Part shown: one piece after another, positions 1-7,859 of the stretch
Numbering within the stretch: the stretch's first letter is position 1
Layout of the letters: the number at the start of each line of letters is the position of its first letter
Virus record (IMG/VR): IMGVR_UViG_3300043253_000059
Span: 1-30,763 of that record
Length of the DNA: 30,763 nt
Strand: one strand, 5' to 3'
Source: a virus
Taxonomy: Duplodnaviria; Caudoviricetes
Position numbers and translations under genes: made by a program
The notes under the pieces: model-generated
Told to the model about the DNA's origin: nothing
Seen by the model: the letters and a program-made list of their open reading frames with translations, nothing else
Database searches by the model: none

Positions 1-137
1 TCTCATGTCCGTGCTCCTGGAAATTACCGCGGGCTGCTTTCCTTACAGGTCGATGCGCTTCCCGAACGGCGCCCATCGAGGAAAGCTGTAGAGGCCGGCC
101 CGCGCGGCCCTGGGTGATCGCGCCGTCCGGGTAAGGC

Positions 138-653
138 TCAGTAGTTCGCGGGATAGACCGGGTTGTTGTCGACGCCGGTCAGGACATTGGCGTTGACCGC
201 GCCGGCGGTGAAGGGACCGCCCGCGACGACGTAGTTGAAGCGGAAGAAGCGCGGGAAATCCTGGCCGACCTGGCGCGGCGGGATGGTGAAGTCCATGATG
301 AGCGCGTTGAGCGTCAAGAGCGCCTCGGGAAGCGCGTCGGTTTCGGCGATCGTCTTCCACGCGTTGGGAGCGTAGGGCGGCGCGCCGCCCGAACCGCTGT
401 CGACGCTCTCCTGCAACTGGATTTGGAGGGAGGTGGCGCCGATGAAGGCGGTCGTCACCGTCACCATGGCCTTGGGCGGCGACGCGCCGTCGCCGACACC
501 GATATCCTCGCCGAAGGTGGCGTTCTGGATGCCGAAATAGTCGGGCGGCGGATTGCCGATCCCGGCCCCGGAGAAATCAAGGGTAAGCGTCGACGGCGCC
601 GAGGCGGTGATCGCCTGGGCCTGCGAGAAGATCAGTTGGGAATCGACGAACAT
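138..653 (-). CDS. Capsid cement/decoration protein, Bbp16-like
   Basis: MFVDSQLIFSQAQAIT...RFFRFNYVV..GPFTAGAVNA pattern; GGAGG RBS; position downstream of the major capsid gene. Confidence 0.8.
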   Translation of the reverse strand: MFVDSQLIFSQAQAITASAPSTLTLDFSGAGIGNPPPDYFGIQNATFGEDIGVGDGASPPKAMVTVTTAFIGATSLQIQLQESVDSGSGGAPPYAPNAWKTIAETDALPEALLTLNALIMDFTIPPRQVGQDFPRFFRFNYVVAGGPFTAGAVNANVLTGVDNNPVYPANY

Positions 654-702
654 GGGATATCCTCCGGTTGAACGGAAACCTGAATTGTCGGGGTGCGCAG
701 CT

Positions 703-1485
703 ATGGGCGAAATTCGCGATATGGAAACCCGAGCCGAGGCTCGGGGGCTTGGCTTAACTCGCTACATGCCCAAGCGGCCCTGCAAGCGCGGCCATCTGAG
801 CGAGCGGCAGACATCGAACGGCGTGTGTCTCGAATGTCACCAACTCACGATAGCGCGGCACATCGAGAATGTCGGCGGCAAGGAGGCCTTTCTTAAACGC
901 GAGGCCGAGCGAACTCAGCGGTACGAGGCCCGCGTCGGTGATGAGGTGCGCAAGGCACAGAAGAGAACGGCTCGCGACACGCTTCTCGCAAAGGACCCTG
1001 AATACGAGCGCCGCAAGGCGCTCAAGTGGAACCGCGCTAACCCAGAAAAGGCTTACGCCGGTCATCGCCGCTACGTGAAGAAACTCGCGCAAGAGCGGCC
1101 CGAGGTCTGGAAGGCGCGCACGGCAGCGACCAACGCAACCGCCCGCGCCAAACAGAAGGGGCACAAAAGTCCGAGCCGTCTCGAACTCATCATCAGGAAA
1201 CTCCTGGATCAAGCCGCTGGCTGTTGCGCGCTCTGCAAGACTTTCGTTGGCAACGCCGCGCTTGAACTTGATCACAAGCGGCTCCTCGCGCGGGGCGGAA
1301 CGAACGATGAGGAGAACCTTCAATTTCTATGCGGCGATTGTAATCGCCACAAAGGCTACCTCGATCCAGATGCCTTTGTGCCGCCGATCGAGAAGTATTC
1401 GCGAAATACTTCTACAGCATCAAGTAACGCGAGCCTCGTTGCTGATAAGTTGATCGACGTTCCTCATCGGAATACCGCGAAATGA
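703..1485 (+). CDS. Free-standing HNH endonuclease (putative homing endonuclease) with N-terminal Zn-binding module
   Basis: N-terminal TRAEA..G..RY..KRPCKRGH..ER.TSNGVCLEC; C-terminal CALC..LELDHKRLLARGGTNDEENLQFLCGDCNRHKG; start ATG 703 (or 721) preferred over 553; overlaps the capsid 3' end by 66 nt. Confidence 0.85.
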   Translation: MGEIRDMETRAEARGLGLTRYMPKRPCKRGHLSERQTSNGVCLECHQLTIARHIENVGGKEAFLKREAERTQRYEARVGDEVRKAQKRTARDTLLAKDPEYERRKALKWNRANPEKAYAGHRRYVKKLAQERPEVWKARTAATNATARAKQKGHKSPSRLELIIRKLLDQAAGCCALCKTFVGNAALELDHKRLLARGGTNDEENLQFLCGDCNRHKGYLDPDAFVPPIEKYSRNTSTASSNASLVADKLIDVPHRNTAK

Positions 1486-2463
1486 AACGACCGGTTCACC
1501 CGCATAATCTCTTGGGCCGAGGAGGACGTTCCTGTCGCGAATGCTCTGAACGTCGCAGAAACCGCCCAATTCTCTGTTCAAATATATCGCCGGGCGGATG
1601 GTCATTCCCCTTTCATTGCGCGCATCGGTATCGGTGATGCCCGACATGCCCCTGGCCATCTTCGGCAGGCGCTTCACCAGCTTGGAGAGGTTGGCGAAGA
1701 TGTCGTAGGCGTTGGGGCCGGCGAGACCGGCCGAGGTCACGTCGAGGTTGCAGATGCGGGCGCCCCAGCGCCAATCCTCGACGCAGAGCCCGGCGACCTG
1801 GCGGAACCAGGAGATTTTGGCGCGATAGCCGTTGCCGAGGCTGTCATAGGCGAGTTCCTGCGTCAGGGGCATCAGCTCCACCCCGGCCTTCTGGCCGCGC
1901 GGGAAGACGCCGTAGATCGAGCGGGGAGACCAGCCGACCAGCCAGAGCGACGCATTGTTCGAGCCGACCCCGCCGCCGTCGAAGACGTTGGCGGCATTGG
2001 CCGCGTTGGCGAGGTTCACCGTGTTGTAATAGAGCGAAAGACCGGTAAAGGATGCCGGGTTCGCCAAGGCGTTGCCGTAGAACATGCCGCCGCAGATCGT
2101 CTGGCTCGCCCCCTCGAGCATGGCGTTGTCTTCCTCGTAGCGGAACTGGTCGCCGTCGAGGGCCATCTCGTAGAGCTTCAGGTCGATCGTCGACTGCATT
2201 TCCAGATCGCCGCAGTTCATGCGGCCCTGGGCGGTCGTCGACTTGACCCCCGGGACACCCTGGCCGAGATAGCGGTAGGTACCCTTGGGGATGCCGGTGC
2301 GCATCGTATAGACGTGCCCGGTATTGGTGTTGCCTTCCTTCCAGATGAGATCGTCGTAGATCTCATTGGCCTGGGAGAGCAATTCGGCGATGTCCGCCGC
2401 CTCGCCGTCCGGATCGGTCCGGCGCGCCAAATCGATGAGGCTCAGGTACTGGCCTGTGGGCAT
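1420..2463 (-). CDS. Major capsid protein (BPP-1 Bbp17-like)
   Basis: 347 aa; IAELLSQANEIYDDL..EGN..TGH, GLCVEDWR..ARICN, FRGIPMR.VDQL...EARV motifs; GGGG RBS; high GC3. Confidence 0.88.
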   Translation of the reverse strand: MPTGQYLSLIDLARRTDPDGEAADIAELLSQANEIYDDLIWKEGNTNTGHVYTMRTGIPKGTYRYLGQGVPGVKSTTAQGRMNCGDLEMQSTIDLKLYEMALDGDQFRYEEDNAMLEGASQTICGGMFYGNALANPASFTGLSLYYNTVNLANAANAANVFDGGGVGSNNASLWLVGWSPRSIYGVFPRGQKAGVELMPLTQELAYDSLGNGYRAKISWFRQVAGLCVEDWRWGARICNLDVTSAGLAGPNAYDIFANLSKLVKRLPKMARGMSGITDTDARNERGMTIRPAIYLNRELGGFCDVQSIRDRNVLLGPRDYAGEPVVSFRGIPMRNVDQLISNEARVT

Positions 2464-2484
2464 GAGAGTTCCCCCTTCGTGAAA

Positions 2485-3339
2485 TCAGATGGTTCGGTTC
2501 GGTGATTGGCTGGTCTGGGCGTAACGGCGCTGGGCGGGGGAGGAGGCGCCGTTTGCTGCACCCATGCGGGCATTGCGGTTGCCGTCGACGAGCGCCTTGG
2601 GCTCGCGCAGGAATTTGAGCGCGGCGGCCATATCGGCTTTCCCGGTGATCGCGAGGACCTCGTGGATGAAATTGCCCGCGCGCGCCCAGGCGCCGATCAC
2701 CAGGGGATGGCTGCCGAAGCCGTTATCGGTGCCCAACTGGTAGAAGGCGCCCCGCTGGTTTTCGTCGACGCAATGCGCAATCGCGGTGCGCGCGGCGCGC
2801 AGCGTCGTCTCGTAATTGTTGGCGAACTGCTTCTTCGTTTCGTCCTGCCAGCCCAGGACCATGTCGTTGAAGGTCTTCCACTGGTTGGCGGAAGCCTCTC
2901 CGGCCATGTGCTCGACGAGCTTGGCGAGGACCTGGTTGTGGTAGTCGATATAGGCCTGCGCGCGCTCTTTCGGCAGCTTGTCGGCGGCGAAGAGCTCGGT
3001 CGCGCCTTTGACCAGTTCCGGGTCGGCGGTAACTCCTTCGGGAAACGCGAAGTCGCCGTAGTCGATCGGTTCGGCGGCGGCTTCGGTCGCCGCAGCTCCC
3101 CCAAGCTCCGGTTCCGTTGCCGCCGCCGCCGCAGCCGGCTCAACCGCTGCCGGGTCTGCAGCGGCCTCGGTCGATGCTGGCGCAGCTTCAGAGAGGAGCG
3201 CCGGCGGCGCAGCAACCGCCGGCGCAACGGTTGCCGCATCCGCGACAGCCGGGGCCGTAACCGGTTCGACAACCGTCGCCGGCGCTGCGGCCGCAGGTAT
3301 GCTTTCCGCTGGCGCTGTCGCGCCCGGATCATCAGCCAA
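2485..3339 (-). CDS. Capsid assembly scaffolding protein
   Basis: Ala/Pro-rich N-terminus, YGDFAFPEG and GFGSHP motifs, immediately upstream of the capsid gene; TTG start. Confidence 0.7.
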   Translation of the reverse strand: MADDPGATAPAESIPAAAAPATVVEPVTAPAVADAATVAPAVAAPPALLSEAAPASTEAAADPAAVEPAAAAAATEPELGGAAATEAAAEPIDYGDFAFPEGVTADPELVKGATELFAADKLPKERAQAYIDYHNQVLAKLVEHMAGEASANQWKTFNDMVLGWQDETKKQFANNYETTLRAARTAIAHCVDENQRGAFYQLGTDNGFGSHPLVIGAWARAGNFIHEVLAITGKADMAAALKFLREPKALVDGNRNARMGAANGASSPAQRRYAQTSQSPNRTI

Positions 3340-3361
3340 GATGGGACCTTTGGTTTAGAAG

Positions 3362-3628
3362 TTAGATCCGCGTATAGCCGTCTTCGAAGGCTTTGGCGGG
3401 ACTGATCGACTGGTAGCCGTCATCATAGACGACGAGATAGTCGCCGGATTTTGCTGCCGCGAAGCGCTCGAAGGGCGCGACCTGAATAGGCGCGTACCCC
3501 GTTTCGACGAATTGGAACCGTTTATCGCCATTCAGAGCGGTTTCGACGCCGGCGATCTTCAACGCCCAGACTTCCTTGTGGCATCGGTAGCGCGGCATCT
3601 GCGCGCCGACCTGTTCGTGCTCGCTCAA
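3362..3628 (-). CDS. Conserved phage hypothetical protein (MPRY.CHK.VWALKI / Y.DGY.S.SP..FE.GY type)
   Basis: Recognisable phage motif; overlaps the stop of the upstream gene. Confidence 0.7.
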   Translation of the reverse strand: MSEHEQVGAQMPRYRCHKEVWALKIAGVETALNGDKRFQFVETGYAPIQVAPFERFAAAKSGDYLVVYDDGYQSISPAKAFEDGYTRI

Positions 3629-3969
3629 TCTTCAGCTCCTATTCGGCCCCGCCGCAGCGCCGAAGCAAGGACCGGGTCCGCTTCGTCGAGATCAGCCCAG
3701 ATATCCCAGCCGGCCTTTTGCTCGCCGGCGAAGAACCAGGTGCGCTCTCCGGTCACGTTGGCGAACTTGGTGTCGAAAGTGTGCAGCCGGTCGAGGACTT
3801 CCTTGAGCCAGAGGCGCCCATGCTGGTGCTGCATCGCATGGACGAGAAACGCCCGGCGCATCTCCTTGGCGCGCCGTTCGGCCAGGGCTTCTTCGGTCTC
3901 GCGCTCCCGCTCGGTCGGGTTGAGATGATCGCGGACCGAGAAATCGTCGAGGTTGCGCTCATCGCTCAC
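3625..3969 (-). CDS. Bbp19-like head-module protein
   Basis: GRLWL..VL....TF.....T.F.AG...G motif; GTG start in GTGA overlap with the upstream stop; sits between portal and scaffold. Confidence 0.65.
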   Translation of the reverse strand: MSDERNLDDFSVRDHLNPTERERETEEALAERRAKEMRRAFLVHAMQHQHGRLWLKEVLDRLHTFDTKFANVTGERTWFFAGEQKAGWDIWADLDEADPVLASALRRGRIGAED

Positions 3970-4403
3970 GGCAGGATGATGCGGCCGGGCTGCGGGGTCT
4001 TGCGCAGGAACTGCGGCAGCAAGAGCAAAGGCCGCTCGCGGCTGAAGGACGACACTTCGGTCTTGCGGTTGGCGAGAATTTCGAATTTGTGGAGGCAGAG
4101 CTCGAAGACCGCGGCGAGTTCGCCGAACTTGGTCCACCGGTGATTGTTGCGGTAGAACTGCACCGCCTTGTCCAGTTTGGTGCCGAAATAATTGCCGAGT
4201 TCGAGCCAGGTGAAGTCGTCGCCACGCTCATGGCTGATATCGCGGCAGATTTTCTCGACCCGCTTCACCATCTTGCGCAGCTCGATGTATTTGAGGGTGC
4301 GGGGCGACGGCTCGTTGGCGTTGAGCTTCAATTCGTTGCAGAGTTCGATCGAGCGCCGCATCGCCTCGCGTGCGAGGGTGAAATCTTCGGTTTCGCGGGA
4401 CAT
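3966..4403 (-). CDS. Hypothetical protein
   Basis: 145 aa, directly abuts both neighbours, phage-like codon usage. Confidence 0.65.
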   Translation of the reverse strand: MSRETEDFTLAREAMRRSIELCNELKLNANEPSPRTLKYIELRKMVKRVEKICRDISHERGDDFTWLELGNYFGTKLDKAVQFYRNNHRWTKFGELAAVFELCLHKFEILANRKTEVSSFSRERPLLLLPQFLRKTPQPGRIILP

Positions 4404-4655
4404 CTAGGCGCGCCCGTCGGCCTCGCGGAAGCCGGGCAGGTCCCGGGGATCGTCGTCGACCGCAAGGCGCAGCACGTTGATGACGCCGTGATTGGGCCGG
4501 CTGGCGAATTCGAGATGCCCGATCCGGTACTGTTTCATTCCGTACAGCGTGGGGCAATAGACAACGTCGTGCCTGGTCAGATCCCGAAGCTCGATCACAT
4601 CGCAGTTGCCCGCGAGGCGAGGCTTGCCGTCGGTGCAGTCGATATAGACCAGCAT
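4404..4655 (-). CDS. Hypothetical protein (MLVYIDCTDG...)
   Basis: ATG 4655 overlaps the portal stop (TGATG); real part of the 4404..5045 track ORF. Confidence 0.6.
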   Translation of the reverse strand: MLVYIDCTDGKPRLAGNCDVIELRDLTRHDVVYCPTLYGMKQYRIGHLEFASRPNHGVINVLRLAVDDDPRDLPGFREADGRA

Positions 4656-6499
4656 CAGGCCTGGTTCCCCAGAAGAGCCGAGAGCGCGGTGTTGCCGCCG
4701 AGCCCCGTCTTGGAAAGGGTATTCGCCCCCTGGACCGCGGCCTGGCCGACTTGGGCTTGGGCCGCGAGCTGCGCCGCGGCTTGGGCCTGTTGTTTCAAGA
4801 GCCGGACCTGCGAGGCCGAGCGGATGATCCGCGAGGATGCTCCGCGCAGCTTGGCGACTTCGCGCACCGACTCGTCGGCGTCGAGGACGTATTTCGAATC
4901 GGGGAATTCGGCGGCGATCGACTGGGCAAAGGCATAGGTGCGCTCGATCGAGGAGACGCTTCCCGCTCGTCGCGCCCGGGTGAGTTCGGATTCGAAGCTG
5001 ACCTGGAGCGGGATGCCGTAGAGGCTCGGCGGGAGCTTCGGCCACATGCCCCTGCGGTGCAGGATCGCCAATTGGCGCTTGATCCGGGGCTGCAGGCCGT
5101 AGCGGTAGACCCGGTAGATGACGCCGCCCAACTGCCGCAGCAATTCTTCGCGCACCGCATCGATCTCCGTCGCCGATACGTCGCGCTTGGTGTTGTGGGC
5201 AATCTCCTCGATCGCCCGGAAGAGGTCGGCGTGCGACCCGCGGTGGATGCGCTCGCGCACCTTTTCCATGTTCTCGCGCAGCGCGGCGAGCGCCTGTGGG
5301 TCGACGACGTAATTGGGCTTGAATTCCGGGGCGCCGGTCGCCGAATCGTAATACGTGATGTGGTCGGGTTTGGTTGAATGCGGATCGTTCTTGAGGCTGA
5401 CCGGAGCGCTGTAGGAAGGCCGCGCCAATTTCTCGGCGAGCTCGGCTTCCCGGGCGACCATGATCTGCAACTGGATCGTATCGCCGAGGATCGTTTCACC
5501 CAGACCATGCCCATAAGGGTCGTTGGAGACGCGGTGCCAGGGCGCGGCGGCAAAGGGCTTCTCGCGGAAGCCCGCGACGGACAGCGGCGCTTCGTTCGAC
5601 TTGCCGACGATCCAATAGATTTCGCGCCAGGTAAAGCCGCCGGGGAGCCTGCCGCATTCGCTACCCGGCTCCCTTCCTTCGATCGCGAAATTGGGCTCGA
5701 TCGTGTGACCGACGACATATTCGTATTCGAGCGCGCCGCCCTTTTGCCGCCATTTCTGCTTGACTTCCTCGGGGCAATTGGCGAGGCCGAACTGCTCGAC
5801 GATCTGCGAGACGGTGCGGCGTTCCTCGACTTCCAGCACCTGGTCGGCGTAATCGGCCCCGGCGGCGAGGCAGAATTCGCCGGCACACGGGTTCTTGGAG
5901 ATGAAGATGTTTTCCTTGTCTTCGTAATCGACCGTGACGCCGGTCCCGAACGCCGTGATGTCCTCGTAGAAGAGATCGAGGCTCTCATAGAAATTGGTCT
6001 GGTCCTGGACGAACCGGAGGGTCTCGGTCAGATCCTCGAAAAACATCATCCCGGCGCGGTCGAGCTCCATCCCCGGGATGCCGGGGCCCAATTGCAGCCA
6101 TTCGCTGTCGGGGTCGGTGCAGGTCACCATGAGGCCGTTGGTGCAGGCCTCCAGATCGAGGGTCGCGGTGTTGTCGAGAATGTTGCCGTCTTTGCGCAGG
6201 CCCTTGTTGTAATTGTTCTCGACGATAAAGGCGTGGTATCTGCGAGGGAGCTCGAACCGGGCGATATCGCCCCAGGTCCGCCACCACGGAAGCCGCCAGG
6301 TCTTGTCTCCCGCCAAGCGCTGCTCGAGGTGGAGATACATCTGCGGCCAGCCGAGCCAGTCCGGCGCCTTGGTTTCGGGAACCTCGTTGAGGTTTGCCGG
6401 CTCCTGGGCGAGGAGCGCGGGGCTCGCGTTGAAGTAATAGGGCTGGGCCGGGTTGAAGCCCCTCTCGCCATAGCGTTTCTGGGCGGCGGCTTCAGCCAA
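4655..6499 (-). CDS. Portal (head-to-tail connector) protein
   Basis: 614 aa; FGTG, PF...W...S.DPYGHG.G...LGD..QLQ and SATEI....EE motifs typical of the podoviral head-tail connector family. Confidence 0.9.
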   Translation of the reverse strand: MAEAAAQKRYGERGFNPAQPYYFNASPALLAQEPANLNEVPETKAPDWLGWPQMYLHLEQRLAGDKTWRLPWWRTWGDIARFELPRRYHAFIVENNYNKGLRKDGNILDNTATLDLEACTNGLMVTCTDPDSEWLQLGPGIPGMELDRAGMMFFEDLTETLRFVQDQTNFYESLDLFYEDITAFGTGVTVDYEDKENIFISKNPCAGEFCLAAGADYADQVLEVEERRTVSQIVEQFGLANCPEEVKQKWRQKGGALEYEYVVGHTIEPNFAIEGREPGSECGRLPGGFTWREIYWIVGKSNEAPLSVAGFREKPFAAAPWHRVSNDPYGHGLGETILGDTIQLQIMVAREAELAEKLARPSYSAPVSLKNDPHSTKPDHITYYDSATGAPEFKPNYVVDPQALAALRENMEKVRERIHRGSHADLFRAIEEIAHNTKRDVSATEIDAVREELLRQLGGVIYRVYRYGLQPRIKRQLAILHRRGMWPKLPPSLYGIPLQVSFESELTRARRAGSVSSIERTYAFAQSIAAEFPDSKYVLDADESVREVAKLRGASSRIIRSASQVRLLKQQAQAAAQLAAQAQVGQAAVQGANTLSKTGLGGNTALSALLGNQA

Positions 6500-6728
6500 G
6501 GAGCGCTATTCCTGCGGCCATGCCGACTATCCAACTGGCCGCGGCCAGGTATTTAGCGGCCCTCTCGTTCTCGGCGAGGATTAAATTGTAGGCGAGGAAA
6601 GCGAAGCCGGCGCTGATGAGCGCCAAGCGCCACGCTGAGCCGTTCTGGGTCACCAGCCCGGCGATAAAGCATCCAGCCAGATAGAGCGCGGAATTGAGCG
6701 CGCCCACGTAGAAAACGGGCGTATTCAT
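6492..6728 (-). CDS. Small membrane protein with 3 hydrophobic segments
   Basis: MNTPVFYVGALNSALYLAGCFIAG...; start inferred at ATG 6728. Confidence 0.5.
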   Translation of the reverse strand: MNTPVFYVGALNSALYLAGCFIAGLVTQNGSAWRLALISAGFAFLAYNLILAENERAAKYLAAASWIVGMAAGIALLG

Positions 6729-6765
6729 CGGATCAATTCCGACCGCGAAGATGACGCCATAGCCG

Positions 6766-6972
6766 TCATTGTCCCAGAAGCGCCTTGGGTGCGGTCGGGG
6801 CATTGGGTGCGCCCTGGGGCGAGGTGGCGATGGTCTGGTTGGCGCTGGCCGCCGCCTGTTGCGTCTGGGCTTGTCCCGCGCCCTGGATGCCGGGATCGGC
6901 GTAGGTCGGCGGCGGAGGCGGAGGCGGCGGCGCCGGCGGCGCCTTGGGCGGGTTGAAGATGCTCAACGCCAC
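6766..6972 (-). CDS. Small proline-rich putative virion protein
   Basis: SIFNPPKAPPAPPPPPPPP...TIATSPQG...KALLGQ, typical of the small gene upstream of portal in this phage group. Confidence 0.6.
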   Translation of the reverse strand: MALSIFNPPKAPPAPPPPPPPPTYADPGIQGAGQAQTQQAAASANQTIATSPQGAPNAPTAPKALLGQ

Positions 6973-7079
6973 GGACTCACGAACCAGGCGATCTCGCGTT
7001 GGAAGCCGCGCAGGAACCACCAGCCGATACCGATGACGGTCAGGGCGCCGAGGGCGAAGCCAAGGAGGAGACCCGTCAC
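6963..7079 (-). CDS. Single-TM peptide (38 aa)
   Basis: GTG overlaps the nuclease stop (GTGA); LLLGFALGALTVIGIGWWFL is hydrophobic. Confidence 0.45.
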   Translation of the reverse strand: MTGLLLGFALGALTVIGIGWWFLRGFQREIAWFVSPWR

Positions 7080-7858
7080 GTCCGCATCCCGTAATGGTCG
7101 GCATCGAGGGCCGCTCTTGGGGTCCATTGTTCTTCGCGCGGCTTTCGTTCCGGCCAGAGGCTTTGGCGCACCACGTCGCTGTCCAAGGGACGGAAGGCAG
7201 CGATCGGCAGCCCGGACATCACGAGGTAGCGCAGGCAATCCATCAGATGGTCGTTGGATTTGACGACCTTCCCCTTGTCGTCGCGGCGGTAGATGCGGAA
7301 TTCGCCCATCAGGTTGACGAGGGTCGAAAATATCTTGAGCCGGCCCGACGACATCCGCGACCAGACCTCGTAGATCCCGGCCTCGACCGCGTTGTCGGCC
7401 GGGGTGATCCGCAGACCGAGGCCCTGGTACATCGTGGACAGCCGCGTCCCATCGATCTGGCTCCGGCCGCGAGCCGCCGGATCGTGCACTCCGGGTATCC
7501 AGGCGCCGCGCGCGCGGATCGCCTGGGCATGAACGGCGGGCTCGACCTCGCCCCGGTAATGCTCGGAATAAAGGTAGAGGACATCGGCTTCGGGATCGAG
7601 CGCGCCCCAGAGCGCGGCTGTCCTGTTCCACCCGACGTCCAGGGCGTAGGCATGCTTCCAGTATTTCGGCAGCTCGAACGGCGCGCAGAGGAGATCCTCT
7701 TCCGGCACCGGGTAGATCGCCCCCGACCCCAGCCGCGGCAGCCCGCGCATACGGGCGTCCCGTTCATGCGGCGGATAGGCTTCGGCGAGAGACTTCTTGG
7801 CTTCGGGCGAGAGATGAGGAACATCGTCCCAGCCCGCCATGACGACGTATTTGGTCAC
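7076..7858 (-). CDS. Terminase large subunit, C-terminal lid/RNase H-like nuclease part (P22 gp2-like), encoded separately
   Basis: WDDVPHL....K......YPPHERDAR.RG.P.LGSGAIYPV, ALDVGW, DPAA and NDHLMDCLRY acidic motifs. Confidence 0.88.
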   Translation of the reverse strand: MTKYVVMAGWDDVPHLSPEAKKSLAEAYPPHERDARMRGLPRLGSGAIYPVPEEDLLCAPFELPKYWKHAYALDVGWNRTAALWGALDPEADVLYLYSEHYRGEVEPAVHAQAIRARGAWIPGVHDPAARGRSQIDGTRLSTMYQGLGLRITPADNAVEAGIYEVWSRMSSGRLKIFSTLVNLMGEFRIYRRDDKGKVVKSNDHLMDCLRYLVMSGLPIAAFRPLDSDVVRQSLWPERKPREEQWTPRAALDADHYGMRT

Positions 7859-7859
7859 T

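Noticed and set aside
654-1485. Group I intron carrying the HNH
   Set aside because: Capsid and cement genes both look complete and the HNH is intergenic and antisense
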